Below are positions 9,371-17,492 of a stretch of 37,564 bases of DNA, piece after piece. Made by a program: the position numbers and the translations under genes. Position 1 is the stretch's first letter. Each line of letters starts with the position of its first letter. The DNA is taken from positions 1-37,564 of IMG/VR virus record IMGVR_UViG_3300028031_000003, one strand, 5' to 3'. A model generated the notes under the pieces. The model made no database searches. It was not told where the DNA came from and saw nothing but the letters and a program-made list of their open reading frames with translations. This DNA is from a virus.

Positions 9371-9649
9371 ATGCTTAAATATATATTAACTATTTTGTTA
9401 TCTTTTAATGCCAGCGCAGGCGACATATTCGCTTTTTCTGGAGTTTTTGCTTACGATGATGGTGTTGGTGGTACACATAAGGATTATGATGGTCTTAGCC
9501 CTAATGGTTATTTTGGTGTAAAATATAGGCAAGATAACCACGGTTTGTCTTATGAGGTCGGGCTTAAGCATGAGAGTTCGATGGGATATAAGGAAAAAGG
9601 TGGCGGGTTTAATGGTGTTTTTTTTCAAGTTGATTTTAAATTAAATTAG
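9371..9649 (+). CDS. Small secreted / outer-membrane-type protein with a signal peptide
   Basis: MLKYILTILLSFNASA|GD is a signal-peptide-like N-terminus. The mature part is rich in Gly and aromatic residues with alternating (beta-strand-like) pattern and ends ...GVFFQVDFKLN. Confidence 0.55.
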   Translation: MLKYILTILLSFNASAGDIFAFSGVFAYDDGVGGTHKDYDGLSPNGYFGVKYRQDNHGLSYEVGLKHESSMGYKEKGGGFNGVFFQVDFKLN

Positions 9650-9661
9650 AGATAAATCAAT

Positions 9662-9823
9662 ATGGTTAACAAGATAAGAGTAACTGATAACAAGATAATG
9701 CTAACTTTTTTGTCAACTGACACAAAGCCAACTAATCACATTATATCGACCATAGGTTATGAAACTGATACGGGCAAGAAATTCGAATACAGAGGCCAAC
9801 CAATAGGTTGGGTAGATATTTAA
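9662..9823 (+). CDS. 53-aa ORF duplicating the N-terminal anchor motif of the downstream tailspike
   Basis: MVNKIRVTDNKIMLTFLSTDTKPTNHIISTIGYETDTGKKFEYRGQPIGWVDI* compares with SGDTKPMGRPSDVLYEIDTGNKFENRGQPIGWVPD in the next gene. Bases 9761..9813 match 9924..9976 at 45 of 53 nt. Confidence 0.5.
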   Translation: MVNKIRVTDNKIMLTFLSTDTKPTNHIISTIGYETDTGKKFEYRGQPIGWVDI

Positions 9824-9824
9824 T

Positions 9825-11876
9825 ATGACTATTAAAACACTAAGGCAGTCCAGCAATAAAACAATATACACATGCTTATCAGGTGACACTAAGCCAATGG
9901 GTAGGCCTAGTGATGTTTTGTATGAAATTGATACTGGCAATAAATTCGAGAACAGAGGCCAACCTATTGGCTGGGTGCCTGATAATATTCCCTCCGCCCC
10001 CGGGCACGGGCAGGTAATAGTTTCCTCGACAGACAGATCAAGATCATTTAATTTTGCTGCTAACGGCTCAGATGAGCGGCAAAAATTCTTTGATTTATTT
10101 CAATATTGCGCTGATGAATTGGCCTCAGGTAAAAAAGTTTATTCAATGATGGGCGTGGGCCATTTTGGATTTGACGGAAATGGAATTGCTCCGGTTTTTG
10201 CCAATGGTTCAGACGGATTTACTTTGCAAGGTTCTGGTAAATCAGTTACTACTCTTGGCTATGTTGGGAATACTGAATCTGGCAGTACTTGGCATATACT
10301 TAAAATTTCACCAGAAAATGACGCAGTTAAAGATATTGTATCAATGACTCAAGTTGCAGGCGTGGCTACCGTAAATATAGTTGGGCATAACGCTACAGCT
10401 AACACACTTGTTAGGATATATAATTCTATTGATGACGAGTATAACGGTGTGAAAATGGTCACAGGGATAACTGATGCGGATAATTTTACATTCAACATAG
10501 AAACTACTGCACCAGCTACAGCAACAAAACGAACTGACATAGGTGCTGACCCTATGACCTGTGCAATACACAATGATTTTTTGAAAAACTTTCAATTATC
10601 AAACTTTAGCATGCTGGATACAAATCCAGTTGCACACCAAGGAGTTTCTACAGAAGAGACGCATGGCATCGGCACTGAATATATATTAGGTCTGGATATT
10701 CATAACGTAGAATCTTCTGGAATTGGCGATGAATCATTTGAATTGCAGTGGTGCGAGGATTTCGATTTACGAAATCTACGGTCTAATGAGACGCCTTCTG
10801 TGCAAATTGCAGGGGGTGGCGTATTATCTATTAAATGCGGGTGTCACCATGGTGTTGTAGACCACCTTAGTTCTTATAACATGACACGTTATCAGCCTGT
10901 TCAATTAGGCTATGGTGTTAACTTTAAAATGGTAGTGCACAGAGAAGAGTGCTCACATATCAGTTTATCAAATGCAAATATCGTTAATCCAGCTACAACA
11001 GGGATAAGATTTAACACCTCATCCGCTGATATTAAAAACATAGAAATTGACAACCTTATAGCTATTGGTGGAGCTACAGCCATAGAGACTGGTGGCTCCG
11101 GTTTTATTCTTTCCGATATTAAATTAAATAGAATAACCGGGCTAAATCAATCTGATTCTGGAATAAATTTAGCTAGAACCGCGCTCGATGCAAAAGATAT
11201 AACTGTTAGTAATAGCGTTATTGATGGCCAATTTATGCCTGATGCATCAAGCGCGGCTTGCATGATAGTCAATGGTGATGGTATTAATTTAGTTAATAAT
11301 ATCTACAAGAATGTAAGGCAAGGTGTTATTGGCGGCGCTCAAGTTCGTAATTTAAAAGTGATTGGCGGAAAAATGATAAACATTGGTGATGCAACTACAG
11401 GAGCAACAACATTTAACCAATATGTTTATGACCAAGACACAACAAAATCTGGCATAGTTGACGGATTAACGATTGTTGACGGAAAATGTAAAACAGTTGG
11501 TTTTAGGGATTTAAAAACTATAAAAAATATTAATTTTGTTGGTACAACAACTCAGCCTGCCAACTGGATAGGTCAAGGAATTGGTAATTTCGAGAATAAC
11601 AAAAACGTACCACATAATGTTCAAATATCTGATGATGGTGGACGATGCACCAGTAATGAATTTACACATACAGCATCAGGAGGTAATGGCTGTATACGAC
11701 TAAATAATATAAATGGTGCTATTGTTACTGGAAACTCCTCACCTAATTTAACTTCTGGAAACGGAATTGTTGAGGCTTCTGGTTCTGACAGTAATATAAT
11801 AACAGGCAACAACATGAACGGTAGGCCAATAAATGTTGTTGGCGCTAGCACTATCCAAACCGGTGGAAACTTGTAA
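9825..11876 (+). CDS. Tailspike / receptor-binding protein with a right-handed parallel beta-helix (putative depolymerase)
   Basis: 683 aa with a repetitive N/G/I/V-rich coil pattern (ISLSNANIVNPATTGIRFNTSSADIKNIEIDNLIAIGG..., ITVSNSVIDG..., NLKVIGGKMINIGD...) typical of pectate-lyase-fold tailspikes. Confidence 0.65.
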   Translation: MTIKTLRQSSNKTIYTCLSGDTKPMGRPSDVLYEIDTGNKFENRGQPIGWVPDNIPSAPGHGQVIVSSTDRSRSFNFAANGSDERQKFFDLFQYCADELASGKKVYSMMGVGHFGFDGNGIAPVFANGSDGFTLQGSGKSVTTLGYVGNTESGSTWHILKISPENDAVKDIVSMTQVAGVATVNIVGHNATANTLVRIYNSIDDEYNGVKMVTGITDADNFTFNIETTAPATATKRTDIGADPMTCAIHNDFLKNFQLSNFSMLDTNPVAHQGVSTEETHGIGTEYILGLDIHNVESSGIGDESFELQWCEDFDLRNLRSNETPSVQIAGGGVLSIKCGCHHGVVDHLSSYNMTRYQPVQLGYGVNFKMVVHREECSHISLSNANIVNPATTGIRFNTSSADIKNIEIDNLIAIGGATAIETGGSGFILSDIKLNRITGLNQSDSGINLARTALDAKDITVSNSVIDGQFMPDASSAACMIVNGDGINLVNNIYKNVRQGVIGGAQVRNLKVIGGKMINIGDATTGATTFNQYVYDQDTTKSGIVDGLTIVDGKCKTVGFRDLKTIKNINFVGTTTQPANWIGQGIGNFENNKNVPHNVQISDDGGRCTSNEFTHTASGGNGCIRLNNINGAIVTGNSSPNLTSGNGIVEASGSDSNIITGNNMNGRPINVVGASTIQTGGNL

Positions 11877-12154
11877 TGAACGAGCAAGACATTAAGTCGG
11901 TCGTAAAGTCCGCAATTCAAGAGGTTTTTGAAGAGTCTCGATCAATTTCAGAGCAAGTGCATCATGATGATCATGAATTTGTGGCGCTCTTAAAAGAAGA
12001 GCGCCAATTAGAAAAACAGGAAAAAGAACAAAAGGAAAAGCGCAGGCAAGAGCTTGTGCAATCTTTTAAGAAGTCCGCCGTTGGAGCGATCACGGTGGCT
12101 TTATTTGGTTGGTTATCTGGTCTTGGTGATTTTGTTATGGGAGTTTTCAAATGA
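11876..12154 (+). CDS. Tail-anchored membrane protein (charged coiled coil plus C-terminal TM); possible lysis accessory
   Basis: 92 aa with the C-terminal hydrophobic segment AVGAITVALFGWLSGLGDFVMGVF. It is ATGA-coupled to the endolysin gene. Confidence 0.5.
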   Translation: MNEQDIKSVVKSAIQEVFEESRSISEQVHHDDHEFVALLKEERQLEKQEKEQKEKRRQELVQSFKKSAVGAITVALFGWLSGLGDFVMGVFK

Positions 12155-12522
12155 TAAAAAATAGTGTTTTACTTTACGGCATAAAACCCGAAACTGGCAT
12201 TATGGACAGCGTAATTAGAGGTGTGTTTGCTAAGTATAGTTATTTATGCGAAATAACATCAGGTTTTGATTCTCACGGCGGAAAGATCAGCTTTCATAAT
12301 ATAGGCTGGGCGCTGGATTATCGAACTAAGCACCTCCCAGAACAAATTAAAATACAAATACTTCGCGAATGCAAAGACGCTTTGCCAATGTTTGATATTG
12401 GCCTGCATTCAAAGGGAACTGAAAACGAGCATATTCACTCAGAATTTGACCCAAAGAATGACCCAGTATTTCAAGCAAAAAAAGTGATTTGGAAAAAAAC
12501 AGGAAAATGGCCGGAAGATTAA
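12151..12522 (+). CDS. Endolysin, peptidase M15-like (zinc D-Ala-D-Ala / L-Ala-D-Glu peptidase fold)
   Basis: SFHNIGWALDY matches the S-x-H-x-x-G-x-A-x-D zinc motif, and EHIHSEFD supplies the distal His. The gene sits in the lysis cassette. Confidence 0.6.
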   Translation: MIKNSVLLYGIKPETGIMDSVIRGVFAKYSYLCEITSGFDSHGGKISFHNIGWALDYRTKHLPEQIKIQILRECKDALPMFDIGLHSKGTENEHIHSEFDPKNDPVFQAKKVIWKKTGKWPED

Positions 12523-12524
12523 CT

Positions 12525-12905
12525 ATGATTATGATCACAAGATACTTAAAAAACGTTGCCCTAGCTATTATGGAGCTTATTTATGCGGTTTTTTCGCTCA
12601 AGCCCTTACCAGTGTTATATAAAATTGATTTAGTCGCTAATGCGGTGTTTTTTGGAGACCCGCAAGAGACCATATCAAGTCGAGCTGGAAAGCTTGTCCT
12701 AGCCGGTGACAGAGGCTTAGCGTATTATTTGTGCCGGGCACTTAACTGGTTCGATAAAAATCATTGCGTTAAAAATATTCAAGAAAAAGAGGGCGATGAC
12801 GAACTTATTGTTCTCGATAGGGGTCTAGTTATTGGCCTAATGGCGGCGGGCACATTTTATTATAACCCGGGGCTTTTTCTTAAATTTGTCGAGTTGATTT
12901 CATGA
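12525..12905 (+). CDS. Conserved lysis-cassette protein of unknown function (hydrophobic N- and C-termini)
   Basis: The ATG at 12525 is just past the endolysin stop. Translation is MIMITRYLKNVALAIMELIYAVFS...ANAVFFGDPQETISSRAGK...NWFDKNHC. Confidence 0.5.
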   Translation: MIMITRYLKNVALAIMELIYAVFSLKPLPVLYKIDLVANAVFFGDPQETISSRAGKLVLAGDRGLAYYLCRALNWFDKNHCVKNIQEKEGDDELIVLDRGLVIGLMAAGTFYYNPGLFLKFVELIS

Positions 12906-13144
12906 AAAAAATACCAACTTCTGGCAGCCGAAAGCAATTCACTAAAAATCTATCTGTTTTTATAACTATAGGCTACTTAATAACTGTTGTGTGCGTTGCT
13001 AATAATTGGATTTCAGGAGAACAGGTAGAAGCTGTTGGTATAACATTTGATAGGTGGTGGGTGGCTGTTGGTCTTGTCTTAACCATTTTTACAACGGGTG
13101 AAATCGGAGCAAAAGGCGCGCACGCTCATATGAATAAAGGTTGA
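12902..13144 (+). CDS. Holin (class II-like, two TM segments)
   Basis: 80 aa with TM1 LSVFITIGYLITVVCVANNWI, TM2 WWVAVGLVLTIFTTGEIGA and a charged C-terminus. It lies directly upstream of the spanins. Confidence 0.65.
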   Translation: MKKIPTSGSRKQFTKNLSVFITIGYLITVVCVANNWISGEQVEAVGITFDRWWVAVGLVLTIFTTGEIGAKGAHAHMNKG

Positions 13145-13146
13145 TT

Positions 13147-13656
13147 ATGAATACAACTCGAATTGCATTAATCATAATGATATTAGCTGCTGCAATAGGG
13201 CTGTATTTTGCTGGTAAAAAAGTCGGATTTAGCGATGCTGTAGCCCAGAACAATTCCGAAGTTGCAAAAGTAACACAGCAAGCGCTAATTGAGCAAAGGC
13301 GATTGCAAAAAATAACACAAGACCAAGCCTATGTATTTAATAAATCTATCGAGGCAGAGAGAAGCGCACATGAAAACACTAAAAATTCTATTAAGCAAAA
13401 ACCCACTGTTCAGAATTGTATTCGTAATAACGATGGGTCTAGCTCTGCTTTTATCACTAGCGGCACTATCAGGGTGCTCGCCAGTTCCATTAATAGTAAA
13501 GCCTTGCCCACGGCCGGTAATTCCGTTGGAGTTGCTGGAGAAAAAAACACAGCTACGGCCAATGATCTCTCAACCTATTCAGGTTACTCAATAACAGAGT
13601 ATAATATGTGTGCTATCCAGCTTAATTCTCTAATTAATATTGTTTCAAAACTTTAA
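13147..13656 (+). CDS. i-spanin (Rz-like)
   Basis: It has an N-terminal TM (TRIALIIMILAAAIGLYFAG) followed by a periplasmic coiled coil, and contains an embedded lipoprotein ORF in the +1 frame. Confidence 0.75.
   Translation: MNTTRIALIIMILAAAIGLYFAGKKVGFSDAVAQNNSEVAKVTQQALIEQRRLQKITQDQAYVFNKSIEAERSAHENTKNSIKQKPTVQNCIRNNDGSSSAFITSGTIRVLASSINSKALPTAGNSVGVAGEKNTATANDLSTYSGYSITEYNMCAIQLNSLINIVSKL
13370..13594 (+). CDS. o-spanin (Rz1-like lipoprotein), fully embedded in the i-spanin gene
   Basis: MKTLKILLSKNPLFRIVFVITMGLALLLSLAALSGC carries a lipobox (LSGC), followed by a proline-rich mature part SPVPLIVKPCPRPVIPLELL. Confidence 0.75.
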   Translation: MKTLKILLSKNPLFRIVFVITMGLALLLSLAALSGCSPVPLIVKPCPRPVIPLELLEKKTQLRPMISQPIQVTQ

Positions 13657-13666
13657 GGCAAAACGC

Positions 13667-13822
13667 ATGGCCAGACCAATTAAAGAAACACCTGTTTTGA
13701 CTGGTAGAAGTGCCGGTCTCTTTGAAGAAATGCTTAAGCGTAATAAAACACGCAAAGCCTCGCCTAAAGAAATCCAAAGAGGTAAAGATGCTTATACGCT
13801 TTTCGGTTTTGATAAAATTTAA
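13667..13822 (+). CDS. Small hypothetical protein (51 aa), last gene of the plus-strand arm
   Basis: MARPIKETPVLTGRSAGLFEEMLKRNK..., with AAGG 7 nt upstream of the ATG. Confidence 0.45.
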   Translation: MARPIKETPVLTGRSAGLFEEMLKRNKTRKASPKEIQRGKDAYTLFGFDKI

Positions 13823-13824
13823 GC

Positions 13825-14022
13825 TTAACTATATTTTTTATACTTAAGTTTTTTTATTGATGTAAGGTGATATTTTCCACAGGCTGGGCAGATATAAGCC
13901 CTAAGCTTATTGTCTTTATTTCGTTTACATTTTTTTTCTTTTTTTGTTCGGTTTGATTTAAAAATAAAACAAGCATCATTTAATGCCTCTTTTTTTGTTT
14001 CATAAGTAATTTTGTTGCACAT
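13825..14022 (-). CDS. Small basic zinc-ribbon-like protein
   Basis: 65 aa, with YICPACGKYHLTS near the C-terminus. Confidence 0.5.
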   Translation of the reverse strand: MCNKITYETKKEALNDACFIFKSNRTKKEKKCKRNKDNKLRAYICPACGKYHLTSIKKLKYKKYS

Positions 14023-14385
14023 TCAAAACCCCATATAATCTGATATTACGTCTTTAGCTTCCAACCAAGAATAGCACGTATGCGTCAAATAACCCTCGGA
14101 ATGTACAAATTCACCAAAGCTCTCCTGTTTTTCTGTAAGCTTATTTCTGCCGTATTTCATTTCAATATACAAGCCATGATATCCGTTCTTTGCCACTGGC
14201 AAGAAGACATCCCAAACCCCTGACTTTGCCCCTTGAGATTTTAAAACGGCCATCCTCTTAGCTCTCTGGGCCTTATTTCCGGCTAAAAACGCGCCATTTA
14301 TTGAGCTATGCATCCATTTAAGAGCCGGGTAATTTGATGCCCAATTAAAAAGCGCTTTTTGATGAATTGATTCAAAGTGTCTCAT
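14023..14385 (-). CDS. VRR-NUC domain nuclease
   Basis: GVWDVFLPVAKNGYHGLYIEMKYGRNKLTEKQESFGEFVHSEGY fits the VRR-NUC D...(E/I)xK plus Q core. Confidence 0.7.
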   Translation of the reverse strand: MRHFESIHQKALFNWASNYPALKWMHSSINGAFLAGNKAQRAKRMAVLKSQGAKSGVWDVFLPVAKNGYHGLYIEMKYGRNKLTEKQESFGEFVHSEGYLTHTCYSWLEAKDVISDYMGF

Positions 14386-14630
14386 TTTTCCAGTTTTTCC
14401 AAAGTTTCAGCTAAAAGGTGCAGCTCGCTACCGTAAATATTAGTAAACTGCTCTTTACTCATATGAATAGAAAAATCACCTTGATGATGTTCCCGGCATA
14501 AAGGGATAGTTAGAAAGTCATTTTTAATGCGCTCAGTTCGGATATGGTGTACGTTTGCTGGCGCGTCACAGACTAGGCACCCTAGCTCAGCCACTCTTGC
14601 CATGTGTCGCTTAGCCTTAGCGCAACTCAT
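14382..14630 (-). CDS. Ref/DUF968-like HNH-type nuclease
   Basis: LGCLVCDAPANVHHIRTER...IPLCREHHQGDFSIH shows the Cys pair, HH, PLC-x-x-HH arrangement seen in P1 Ref-like proteins. Confidence 0.55.
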   Translation of the reverse strand: MSCAKAKRHMARVAELGCLVCDAPANVHHIRTERIKNDFLTIPLCREHHQGDFSIHMSKEQFTNIYGSELHLLAETLEKLEK

Positions 14631-14940
14631 TTATTTTTATCCGGCTATTTCTTATGTTTTTTACATCTTTGTCAAAATCGTTTCTCGCTTTAAAATAATC
14701 ACAAATATATATGCCCCACTCTTGCAGAGAATCAGCTGCATAACTCAATTCTCTATTCAGCTCTCCCACTATTTTTACATGTTCCTCAAATGTTATAGTT
14801 TTTTCGGTTTCCTTATAATATCTTGAGCTTTCTTCATGATAGCTAGGATCGTGAGGTTCATATAATACATTAGCTTCAAGAGTTGATTCAATATCAAATA
14901 ATTGAGCCTTAACGAAAATAATATCTGGTAATTTTTTCAT
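14617..14940 (-). CDS. Hypothetical protein
   Basis: 107-aa ORF in a tightly packed minus-strand operon. Confidence 0.5.
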   Translation of the reverse strand: MKKLPDIIFVKAQLFDIESTLEANVLYEPHDPSYHEESSRYYKETEKTITFEEHVKIVGELNRELSYAADSLQEWGIYICDYFKARNDFDKDVKNIRNSRIKINELR

Positions 14941-14942
14941 AA

Positions 14943-15188
14943 TTAACCTTTATTTTTTATTTTTAATGATTCAATAAAATCAAATAAATCATTTTTATAA
15001 ATGTAAACGCCGTCCCATGATTGAAGTTCAATGTTTGCTTGTATTTCAACGAGAATACTATTTAATTTTTCATTGAATTGTCTTTCAGTGAAATATTTAT
15101 CACCTATTTTTATATTTGAAGTTCCAAGTTTATTTTGATCATACTTGGCGTATTCTTTTAATAAATTTTTATCTTTGACAATTCTCAT
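14943..15188 (-). CDS. Hypothetical protein
   Basis: 81-aa ORF. Its ATG overlaps the upstream stop (ATGA). Confidence 0.5.
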   Translation of the reverse strand: MRIVKDKNLLKEYAKYDQNKLGTSNIKIGDKYFTERQFNEKLNSILVEIQANIELQSWDGVYIYKNDLFDFIESLKIKNKG

Positions 15189-15364
15189 AAAAATTTACTT
15201 ATACCTAGCCCGCATAAAAAAAGAGCGGTTACTGATAATATTCCTAGAATAAGCTCTACAAAAATCAATCTTCTTTCAATTTTATACATTCTATTCATTA
15301 GCTTTTCCAGTCTATCGTTTATATATAGAACTTTAAACTTTAATGAAATTAAATCATTTTTCAT
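15185..15364 (-). CDS. Small tail-anchored membrane protein (59 aa, below the ORF-track cutoff)
   Basis: MKNDLISLKFKVLYINDRLEKLMNRMYKIERRLIFVELILGILSVTALFLCGLGISKFL*. It has ATGA overlaps at both ends, which suggests translational coupling. Confidence 0.5.
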   Translation of the reverse strand: MKNDLISLKFKVLYINDRLEKLMNRMYKIERRLIFVELILGILSVTALFLCGLGISKFL

Positions 15365-15804
15365 TTAATTTTTCCTTTAGTTCCATTAGAAAAGTTAGCA
15401 TTCATTTTTAGTCGTATTGTCTCTTGTATGTCGATTCCCTGCCACTCAGCTAAGTCGAGTGTTCTTAAAATAATATCAGCTAGTTCAAAGCTAAAATTTT
15501 GAGTTGGTTTTTCCCCGCGACATTCATTAACAGCCTGTCCCACTTCACTTGCTATTAACGCTAGTGCCTCTAAAACTGTTTTATTTTTGTGCCACCCCAT
15601 TCTCTCCACCCAATCAAATTGATCGATTGCTAAAGCGCCTAAACGTATATCTATATCTGCATTTACGTGGTCTTTTGCTTCTGTCAATGCGGTATCAAAC
15701 GAATGCATCATCAGAGGGAACTCGTCATCCACAGGCTCCGTCATTCTTAATGCCAAACCTGTTTTATACACACTTCTTAATTTAGTTAGTTCATCACTGC
15801 TCAT
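15361..15804 (-). CDS. mazG: MazG-like nucleotide pyrophosphohydrolase
   Basis: LALIASEVGQAVNECRG...ELADIILRTLDLAEWQGIDIQETIRLKMNAN is the characteristic MazG/NTP-PPase helix pair. Confidence 0.8.
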   Translation of the reverse strand: MSSDELTKLRSVYKTGLALRMTEPVDDEFPLMMHSFDTALTEAKDHVNADIDIRLGALAIDQFDWVERMGWHKNKTVLEALALIASEVGQAVNECRGEKPTQNFSFELADIILRTLDLAEWQGIDIQETIRLKMNANFSNGTKGKIK

Positions 15805-16022
15805 TTTTTTATACTCCTGATTTTATTAGGGTAACAACAATAACCTTTAGGGTACCACTGACCCTTGCAAGGCGTGTAGTTTGAGTATAGGTATCCTCTA
15901 GGATACTCTATTTTAAATTCAATATATTTAGCTTCATTTAGCTGTCTATCACAAGCAGTCGCCCAACTGTGAAACAAAATAGAAATTAAACATACGAATA
16001 GTATTATGTTTGTTTTAGTCAT
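15801..16022 (-). CDS. Small secreted cysteine-rich protein
   Basis: It has a signal-like N-terminus MTKTNIILFVCLISILFHSWATAC and five Cys residues in the mature part. Confidence 0.45.
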   Translation of the reverse strand: MTKTNIILFVCLISILFHSWATACDRQLNEAKYIEFKIEYPRGYLYSNYTPCKGQWYPKGYCCYPNKIRSIKK

Positions 16023-16263
16023 GTTTTTTATCCGGCAGATTTGGCAATAAACACCAATAATTTACAGTTTGCTCATACTCGCAACCATAAATTAGGTAAA
16101 CAAATACTCCGTTTTCGAAAACCACTCCACAGATATCGTCATCCGCCAGCGTTAATTTATCTTTTTCAAAAAGACGAATTTCATGGCTTGTTAGCCCTAC
16201 CACGCCTAGGTATAAGCCGTTATTTTCTGGAAGTTTATCATTGGTACTTATCCAGCTACTCAT
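16015..16263 (-). CDS. DUF551-like phage protein
   Basis: MSSWISTNDKLPENNG...NYWCLLPNLP shows the WIS-x-x-D-x-LP and W-x-x-LP pattern. The start at 16263 avoids the 74-nt overlap implied by the longest ORF (16329). Confidence 0.5.
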   Translation of the reverse strand: MSSWISTNDKLPENNGLYLGVVGLTSHEIRLFEKDKLTLADDDICGVVFENGVFVYLIYGCEYEQTVNYWCLLPNLPDKKHD

Positions 16264-16696
16264 CACAACACCCATCATCAAATAAATCTGATTTAGTAAC
16301 TGGTTTTGCGTATTTCCAACAAATTTCATATTCAGTTTTGTACGTCATTGATTGGTTAGATTTATTTATACCTATAACAAAACGGGGTCTTTTATTTTTT
16401 AAAAGACTCCCTTCATCGTCACTAACCAAGCATAAAACAGGATTTTCTGGACTTACACATTCTTGCCATGGATTTTTTTGCACTAAATCACATAATGCAG
16501 AATCATCCATACTGCCTAAGAAGACGCGCCTATCTATTCTAAAGGGTGGTTTGCCAACAACCATGTTACTGATATCAAAAAATATTTTTTCGTAACACGT
16601 TCTGCCACATCTCTTCACGCTAGGTGTATAAAAACTTTCACCATTAATAAGTCTGTCAACGAAGTCTTTTAAATCTTTCACGTTTGCATTTTTCAT
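16256..16696 (-). CDS. Hypothetical protein
   Basis: 146-aa ORF in the operon. Confidence 0.5.
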   Translation of the reverse strand: MKNANVKDLKDFVDRLINGESFYTPSVKRCGRTCYEKIFFDISNMVVGKPPFRIDRRVFLGSMDDSALCDLVQKNPWQECVSPENPVLCLVSDDEGSLLKNKRPRFVIGINKSNQSMTYKTEYEICWKYAKPVTKSDLFDDGCCDE

Positions 16697-16698
16697 AT

Positions 16699-17010
16699 TT
16701 ATTCCTCAAAAACCTCATCAACTAAAGCGCATAGGGCTTTGAATATTGCTATATGGCGAGATTTGTGTATACCTTTTTGTTCGCCTGATATATAACAACA
16801 CCATTTATTCGTATGTTCGTAATAAAATATATCCGTCATTATCTCTGGATGCTCAATAAGCTCCTCTCGCTGTCTGGCATTTTCTAGTAGAAACGGGTTA
16901 TAAATAATTTTAACTTCATTTTTTACGATAGATAAGAAGTTACAATTTTCTTCTTTTATTTCATAACCCATAAGGTCGGCCAGCTTAAGTATTGCTTTTT
17001 TATTTTTCAC
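16699..17010 (-). CDS. Phage ABA-sandwich (NinX/DUF2591-like) protein, paralogue 1
   Basis: MKNKKAILKLADLMGYEI...IYNPFL...ALCALVDEVFEE is collinear with the product of 20995..21342. Confidence 0.5.
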   Translation of the reverse strand: MKNKKAILKLADLMGYEIKEENCNFLSIVKNEVKIIYNPFLLENARQREELIEHPEIMTDIFYYEHTNKWCCYISGEQKGIHKSRHIAIFKALCALVDEVFEE

Positions 17011-17030
17011 TACATTTCCTTATTCGTTAT

Positions 17031-17414
17031 TTAAGGGTTTTTCGCTTCACCATGATCTTTATGCCATAAATTATGACAACAAGAACAAAGCCATCTTACG
17101 TTTAACGGTTCAGCATAATCATCATGGTGAGCCTCTACTTTTTTTGCTCCGCACTTTTCACAAGGCTGTTTAGTTAATTTTCTTGTTGCATTTCTGGCCT
17201 TCATTTTTACTTTGTCATATCTTTTTTTTCTGTATTCTGCATATAAAGCTAATCTTTCTGGGGTTGATCTCCATTTTTTATAATGCTTTGCGAGTCGCTT
17301 TCTCTCGGCTGTCATGCATAACTTACACTGGCTTCTATACCCAGACTTTGAATATTTATCTTTATTGAATTCGGCAAACTCCTTTTTTTTTCCGCACCTT
17401 CCGCACTTCTTCAT
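17031..17414 (-). CDS. Free-standing HNH endonuclease with an N-terminal zinc ribbon
   Basis: N-terminus CGRCGKKKEFAEF...CKLC; C-terminus CEKCGAKKVEAHHDDYAEPLNVRWLCSCCHNLWH. Confidence 0.7.
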   Translation of the reverse strand: MKKCGRCGKKKEFAEFNKDKYSKSGYRSQCKLCMTAERKRLAKHYKKWRSTPERLALYAEYRKKRYDKVKMKARNATRKLTKQPCEKCGAKKVEAHHDDYAEPLNVRWLCSCCHNLWHKDHGEAKNP

Positions 17415-17492
17415 GATTCCACCTCCATGTTGGATTTTAGCATAATGCTCAGCATTTTAGAAGAGTCCGTAATATATTGATTCAGGTAGCCG

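Noticed and set aside
13331-13369. A longer start (ATG 13331) for the embedded o-spanin ORF.
   Set aside because: The extra residues (MYLINLSRQREAH) precede the signal sequence and have no RBS. ATG 13370 follows a GAGAGAAG purine tract and gives a standard lipoprotein signal peptide.
13822-13870. Looked for a bidirectional terminator at the convergence point of the two arms (13822/13825).
   Set aside because: Only short self-palindromes (AAGCTT, ACTTAAGT) followed by T runs are present. No stem-loop of convincing length could be drawn by eye.
16041-16595. A 184-aa plus-strand ORF antisense to two minus-strand genes.
   Set aside because: It spans the junction of two coupled minus-strand genes, has no RBS or motifs, and its composition looks like antisense translation. 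The minus-strand genes carry recognisable features (DUF551-like motif).
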